Virus record (IMG/VR): IMGVR_UViG_3300042448_001920
Span: 2,102-66,101 of that record
Strand: one strand, 5' to 3'
Source of the DNA: a virus
Taxonomy: Duplodnaviria > Caudoviricetes
DNA length: 64,000 bases
In this document: positions 58,938 to 64,000 of the stretch, one piece after another
Layout of the letters: every line of letters begins with the position of its first letter
Position numbering within the stretch: the first letter of the stretch is position 1
Notes under the pieces: model-generated
What the model was told of the DNA's origin: nothing
The model's input: the letters and a program-made list of their open reading frames with translations, nothing else
Databases searched by the model: none
Position numbers and translations under genes: made by a program

Positions 58938-58944
58938 TATTTAT
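58938..58944 (+). promoter_or_regulatory. Putative late promoter motif TATTTAT
   Basis: Upstream of the scaffold-MCP operon. Confidence 0.55.
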
Positions 58945-58987
58945 TACTAAGATAACCTATCATAATAATTTTTTAATAAATTAAAAC

Positions 58988-60280
58988 ATGAGCAAAACAA
59001 ATATTTTAGCAGAGACTCTAGCTGAAATTCAAGAATTAAGAGAAGCCGTTTCTAAAAACGCTAATCACGCTTTGAAAAGCACTCTTAAAGAAGAATTAGA
59101 AGAAATTGTCAAAAACAACCTAGAGGAAGTTAATGACGAAGAGTTAACAGATGACATGCCTGGTGATAATCTACCAGGTGATCAAGCAGCAGATAATGAT
59201 GCTGACGGTATGGGTGATATGCCTACTGAACCACAAGATGGTGAAGAGGTTATTGACTTAACCGACAAATCAGATGAGGAAGTAATTAATCATTTCAACC
59301 TCATGGAACCAGCTGACGAGATCGAAATCGTACAAACTCCAGAAGGTGGGGTACAAATCAACATTACAGCATCTACTAAGGATGACGAAGAATCTAAAGA
59401 AGATTCTGAAGAAACACCAGTAGCTACTGATATTGATGAGTACAACGATAAACCAATGGAAGGTATGGTCGATGAAATGATTGACTTAGAAGAAGAGCCA
59501 GTGTATGAGGTTGAAATCTCAGAAGAGGATCTTAACGAAGTTGCTAAGGAAGCTACAGCTCACATCGTAAACAAAGGTGGATCAGTTCCAACAGGTGAAA
59601 GTAAACTTGAAGAACCCGCTAAAGAAAATGGTGTGATTAAAAATGCAGCTACCAAACACATGTCTACTAAAGGTGGATCAATTCCAACAGGTGAAAAGAA
59701 ACTTGAGGAACCAGCTAAAGAAAACGGTGTAATCAAAAATGCGGCTACGAAAGACATCCACGAAAGTACACAAAATAAGGCTGGAAACAAAAACAAAGAA
59801 AAAGAGTTACATGAAAGCTTGGTGGTAATGAGAAAAAAATACCAAGAAGCAGTGGCTGAAAATAATAAAAAGACTCAAGAGTTAGATAGCTTCAAAACTT
59901 TAGCGGAAGAATTTAAAGGTTCTGAAACTGAATATAAGTCAGCTATTAAAAATCTTAAGTCGCAGTTACAAGAAGTTGCTTTGTTCTCATCAAATCTAAC
60001 TTATGCAATCAAATTGATTACTGAAAACTCTACAACTAAGGATGAAAAATTAAATATCCTTAAGAGATTCGATTCAGCTAAAAACTTAAACGAGTCAAGA
60101 GAAATCTTCAATAGTTTGCAAGATCAGTTAGTTTCTGGTAAAACAGCAACAAAACAGGTGATTGAAGACAAAATTATGGAAAGTCCGAAAGCTAGTGGTT
60201 CTTCAAAATTAAATGAATCAACTGCTTATCAAAATCCACAATTATCTAGAATGTTAGATATCATCGGAAAAATTAAATAA
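58988..60280 (+). CDS. Prohead scaffolding protein (gp22-like)
   Basis: Acidic and coiled-coil, directly upstream of MCP, with many [LI]xE sites. Confidence 0.8.
   Translation: MSKTNILAETLAEIQELREAVSKNANHALKSTLKEELEEIVKNNLEEVNDEELTDDMPGDNLPGDQAADNDADGMGDMPTEPQDGEEVIDLTDKSDEEVINHFNLMEPADEIEIVQTPEGGVQINITASTKDDEESKEDSEETPVATDIDEYNDKPMEGMVDEMIDLEEEPVYEVEISEEDLNEVAKEATAHIVNKGGSVPTGESKLEEPAKENGVIKNAATKHMSTKGGSIPTGEKKLEEPAKENGVIKNAATKDIHESTQNKAGNKNKEKELHESLVVMRKKYQEAVAENNKKTQELDSFKTLAEEFKGSETEYKSAIKNLKSQLQEVALFSSNLTYAIKLITENSTTKDEKLNILKRFDSAKNLNESREIFNSLQDQLVSGKTATKQVIEDKIMESPKASGSSKLNESTAYQNPQLSRMLDIIGKIK
59552..59752 (+). repeat. 96-bp (32-aa) tandem duplication in scaffold
   Basis: KGGS(V/I)PTGE(S/K)KLEEPAKENGVIKNAATK occurs twice, starting at 59573 and 59669. 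Confidence 0.92.
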
Positions 60281-60312
60281 TAAATTAAAAAAAAACTTAA
60301 AAAAATACTAAA

Positions 60313-61896
60313 ATGGGAGCATTATTAGAATCAGGAAAAGTTGGTAACGTAAGCTTAAATCACTTGAAAGCTGTACGTACTGACGTAATTAACAGATGGG
60401 ACAGCTTAGGTCTTTTAGAAGGTCTTGCTGGTCACAGAAAAGAGAATATCGCACAATTATTTGAAAACCAAGCATCACACATGCTTAATGAATCAGTTGC
60501 TTTAGGTAACGAAGGTTCTTTCGAAACTGTGGTATTCCCAATCGTGAGAAGAGTATTCTCAAAATTATTAGCTAACGAAATCGTTTCGGTTCAAGCATTA
60601 AACTTACCTATTGGTAAATTGTTCTACTTCATTCCGAAGTTAGAGAATTCATCATTTGCTTCGGGTGCAGCTGGTATCGACAAAACCCCTAACAGCACAA
60701 TCAGCCCTAACCTTTATGACGCTTTCTATGGCGAAAACGGTCTTTATGACAACTCAAAAGGTGCTGCTTCAACAATAACAGGTGCTACAACAACTGCTAA
60801 CTTGTACCAATTTAGCTCATCATCTTCTGATGGTTATGCTACTTTAGCTGGAACTAGTGCACCAACAGGCGCAACTTCAATCGTCAAGGTTGATTTCGCT
60901 CCATCTATCACTAACTGGGATAATGCTGAAGAAGTTCTTTCAACATTGAATGTTACTTCAGTTACTTCTGGTGCTGATTTCGATTTCTATTTACCAGCTC
61001 AAAAATACGGTAAATCAATCATGGATTCTAACGGTGTTATCTATGTTGCAGTTGTTAACAACAGTGCTACAGTAGCATTACCTTTGACTGGTTTAACAGT
61101 AACGGCTAAAGAATACGCTTCATTAGAGTATGAAGATACAATGGGTGAAGTAAGCTTCGAACTTCAATCTGTAACAGTTTCTGTTATCGAAAGAAAGTTA
61201 AGAGCTCAATGGTCTCCAGAATTAGCTCAAGACGTATCAGCGTTCCATAACATTGATGCAGAAGCTGAATTAACAGCTTTATTGTCTGAGCAAGTTGCTG
61301 CTGAGATTGACCGTGAAATCTTAAGAGACTTAAGAAGAGGTGCTGCTTGGAGAATGACTTGGGATTACTCAGGTTCAAGAGTTAACACTGGTGGTTTGAA
61401 CGCTACAAACGGTTTCTATACTCAAAAAGATTGGAACCAAACTTTGATCACTGCGATCAACCAAGTTTCTGCACAAATCCACAAAGCTACTTTAAGAGGT
61501 GGTGCTAACTGGATCGTAGTTTCTGCTGAGGTTTCAGCTATCTTGGACGACTTAGAATACTTCCACGTATCTAACGCTGCTCCAGAGCAAGACAAATATA
61601 ACATGGGTATTGAAAGAATCGGTTCATTGGGTGGAAGATACCAAGTTTACCGTGATCCTTACTTCCCAGCTGATACAATCTTGATGGGTCACAAAGGTAC
61701 ATCTTTGTTGGATACAGGTTACATCTACGCACCATACGTGCCAATGCAATTAACTCCTACAATGTACAACCCATTCACCTTTGCACCAGTTAAAGGTATT
61801 ATGACTCGTTACGCTAAGAAAATGGTTAACAACCGTTTCTATGGTGTAATCAAATGTCAAAATATCGTTAGCTTCGGTATCACAGGTTTGAGATAA
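60313..61896 (+). CDS. Major capsid protein (T4 gp23-like)
   Basis: FENQ, PIVRRVF, RKLRAQWSPELAQD, DAEAELT, EIDREI, GYIYAPYVP, GIMTRYA. Confidence 0.97.
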   Translation: MGALLESGKVGNVSLNHLKAVRTDVINRWDSLGLLEGLAGHRKENIAQLFENQASHMLNESVALGNEGSFETVVFPIVRRVFSKLLANEIVSVQALNLPIGKLFYFIPKLENSSFASGAAGIDKTPNSTISPNLYDAFYGENGLYDNSKGAASTITGATTTANLYQFSSSSSDGYATLAGTSAPTGATSIVKVDFAPSITNWDNAEEVLSTLNVTSVTSGADFDFYLPAQKYGKSIMDSNGVIYVAVVNNSATVALPLTGLTVTAKEYASLEYEDTMGEVSFELQSVTVSVIERKLRAQWSPELAQDVSAFHNIDAEAELTALLSEQVAAEIDREILRDLRRGAAWRMTWDYSGSRVNTGGLNATNGFYTQKDWNQTLITAINQVSAQIHKATLRGGANWIVVSAEVSAILDDLEYFHVSNAAPEQDKYNMGIERIGSLGGRYQVYRDPYFPADTILMGHKGTSLLDTGYIYAPYVPMQLTPTMYNPFTFAPVKGIMTRYAKKMVNNRFYGVIKCQNIVSFGITGLR

Positions 61897-61918
61897 TCTT
61901 AGGGTTACATTAAAAATT

Positions 61919-61947
61919 AAAAGGGTGGATTTTTTCCACCCTTTTTT
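61919..61947 (+). terminator. Rho-independent terminator after MCP
   Basis: AAAAGGGTGGA-TTTTT-TCCACCCTTTTTT. Confidence 0.85.
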
Positions 61948-61950
61948 GTT

Positions 61951-61979
61951 TATATTTGTTTCTATTATTACTATATTTG
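61951..61979 (+). promoter_or_regulatory. Tandem Bacteroidota -7 elements
   Basis: TATATTTG at 61951 and 61972, upstream of the ATG at 62001. Confidence 0.5.
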
Positions 61980-62000
61980 TATGGTTAATTAGAAATATTT

Positions 62001-64000
62001 ATGAAAAAATTATTATACATCGCCCCACACCTTTCCACAGGCGGTTTACCACAGTACCTAACTAAAAAAATTGAATTACTTAGAGATTCATTTGACATTT
62101 ATGTTGTTGAATGGTCTAACCACACTGGTGGTGTGTTGGTTGTACAAAGAGATAAAATAACTTCAATGGTTGCGCCAGATAAATTTTTTACTCTGGAAGA
62201 AAATAAAATGCAATTGATTGATATTATTAATCATGTATCACCTGATATTGTACACTTAGAAGAAATCCCTGAATATTTCATGGATTTTGAAGTTGCAAAA
62301 GAAATCTACAAAAAAGATCGTAATTATGTTATTGTAGAAACTTCTCACGATTCATCATACGATGCCACACAAAAGAAATTTTTTCCAGACAAATTTATGT
62401 TTGTATCTGATTGGCAAATTAAATTATTTGAATCGATTGATATACCAAAAGTTTTGGTTGAATATCCTATTGAATACAAACAAAGACCAAATAGAGAGGA
62501 TGCTTTAAGAGATTTAGGTTTAGACCCTAATAAAAAGCATATACTACACGTTGGTTTATTTACACCAAGAAAAAATCAAAAAGAATTTTTCGAATACGCA
62601 AAATCTTTACCAGAATATGTTTTCCATTCTGTTGGAAATCAAGCTGGGAACTTTGCGCACTACTGGGAACCTTTAATGAAGGATAAACCAGAAAATGTTG
62701 TTTGGCATGGTGAAAGAAAAGATGTTGATAGATTTTATCAGGCGATGGATCTATTCTTATTTACATCCAGGGGTACAGATAATGATAAGGAAACAATGCC
62801 TTTGGTTATTCGTGAGGCTATTTCCTGGAACTTACCAATTTTAATTTACAACCTTGGTGTTTATTTGAATTATTTTGATAAATTTGATAACATCAGTTAT
62901 TTAGATTTTACAGATTTTAATAAAAACTGCTCTTTGATAACAGAGGTTCTTGAAAATGGTTACCAAAGTAATCAAGCGTTAGATATTGATAGAAGTAACG
63001 AGGCTGTAATAATCTCAACTTACCCAACGACAAAAAGCGTATTTGATACAACCGCTGAATGTATAATGGCTGCTAAAAAAACAGGTAGAAAGGTTATATT
63101 AACTTCTCACCTGCCAATTTCACCAGATTTACAAAATTTAGTTGACTATTGTATATACGATAAAAATAATATTTTAACAAAACACACATACTACTCTCAA
63201 AGTAGATACAGTGAAGCTGATTTCTTTGCGTTTGTTAATTTAAGAGGTGAAGGTAACGATGTTTATCACGGGCCCACTTGTTACACAAACTACTACAATG
63301 GCGCTGCATTGGCAAATGAATTGGGTATGGAAAAAGTTTATTTCCTTAACTATGATTATGTCCTTAAAAATGACGCTTATTTGGATAATGTTTCAAAAGT
63401 ATTAAACACAAAATCAGCTTACTTTGGGGATATGCCAAATAATCAAGAGGGTCACTCAGTTACTACATTCTTTATGGGTATTAGACCTAGTTTTTATTTA
63501 AACACGGTTGATCCAATATTTTGTGCGCAAGACTATGAAAATTTAAAAACTAAATGGGGTTCATTTAGCAATGGATATGAAAATATGATGTATTTTGCTT
63601 TTAAAGACAAAATGAATCAAATTGAATTGGTTGGTGAGGAACAATTTAAAACCGAAGTTGCGACTAATTTCCACCATAGAGATTATTCTAGAGTAGAATA
63701 TTTTACGGTGTTACCGACAAATATCCCTAATTCATTCACCGTTTATTTCCAAGTTTCAAATTCAATCGATAGTAGAATTGTTAACATAAAAATTAACAAA
63801 AACGGATCATTATTAAAAGAAGAGCAAATTACTGTGACAGGTAGAGGTGCTTGGTACAATATGGTTGGTTATAATTTAGATGAGAACGCTGAATATACTA
63901 TTGATTATCAAGCTTTTGATAAAGACACACAACAATTTATTGAAAGTAAGTTAATGAAAATTGACAACAATTATATACTAAACACATTACCTAATAATGG
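62001..64000 (+). CDS. Multidomain glycosyltransferase (N-terminal GT4), 3'-truncated
   Basis: Not in the track because it is open to the window end: MKKLLYIAPHLSTGGLPQY...VGLFTPRKNQ...DLFLFTS...ETMPLVIREA, then a second GT-A-like domain (ILTSH...FLNYD). Confidence 0.85.
   Translation, partial: MKKLLYIAPHLSTGGLPQYLTKKIELLRDSFDIYVVEWSNHTGGVLVVQRDKITSMVAPDKFFTLEENKMQLIDIINHVSPDIVHLEEIPEYFMDFEVAKEIYKKDRNYVIVETSHDSSYDATQKKFFPDKFMFVSDWQIKLFESIDIPKVLVEYPIEYKQRPNREDALRDLGLDPNKKHILHVGLFTPRKNQKEFFEYAKSLPEYVFHSVGNQAGNFAHYWEPLMKDKPENVVWHGERKDVDRFYQAMDLFLFTSRGTDNDKETMPLVIREAISWNLPILIYNLGVYLNYFDKFDNISYLDFTDFNKNCSLITEVLENGYQSNQALDIDRSNEAVIISTYPTTKSVFDTTAECIMAAKKTGRKVILTSHLPISPDLQNLVDYCIYDKNNILTKHTYYSQSRYSEADFFAFVNLRGEGNDVYHGPTCYTNYYNGAALANELGMEKVYFLNYDYVLKNDAYLDNVSKVLNTKSAYFGDMPNNQEGHSVTTFFMGIRPSFYLNTVDPIFCAQDYENLKTKWGSFSNGYENMMYFAFKDKMNQIELVGEEQFKTEVATNFHHRDYSRVEYFTVLPTNIPNSFTVYFQVSNSIDSRIVNIKINKNGSLLKEEQITVTGRGAWYNMVGYNLDENAEYTIDYQAFDKDTQQFIESKLMKIDNNYILNTLPNN

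Noticed and set aside
1-64000. Stop-codon reassignment
   Set aside because: Core genes are full-length and densely packed in code 11; TAG and TGA both end genes at plausible positions.
1-64000. tRNA, rRNA, integrase or IS elements
   Set aside because: None recognised; intergenic gaps are short and AT-rich. tRNAscan was not run.

Overview
This window is a 64-kb, AT-rich segment of a large T4-like (contractile-tailed) dsDNA phage. The host is probably a Bacteroidota species, judged from TTTG-N19/20-TAnnTTTG host-type promoters and a DUF4494-like gene. Positions 1-19045 hold a minus-strand tail module: a >2000-aa baseplate/tube-initiator protein with ~10 tandem 60-aa repeats, two paralogous tape-measure-like genes, a chaperone pair with a candidate frameshift, tube, sheath and completion proteins. 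From 19145 the plus strand carries an SNF2 helicase, neck protein, family B DNA polymerase, a large glycan-biosynthesis cluster, dUTPase, PhoH, a gp55-like sigma factor, baseplate proteins, terminase, portal, prohead protease, scaffold, major capsid protein and a truncated glycosyltransferase. The most notable observations are four. (1) A DarG/TARG1-like macrodomain is inserted inside the DNA polymerase exonuclease domain, a candidate built-in anti-DarT repair module. (2) There is a candidate virion O-glycosylation system: many glycosyltransferases, heptose/Kdo-type enzymes, and [ST]-G-x-T and (G-S/T-S)n tracts in exposed structural proteins. (3) A late-promoter motif TATTTAT(A) is the reverse complement of the T4 late promoter. 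(4) A late-expressed GP88/radical-SAM-like protein carries a capsid-targeting-like peptide. All product calls come from motif recognition by eye; no searches were run.
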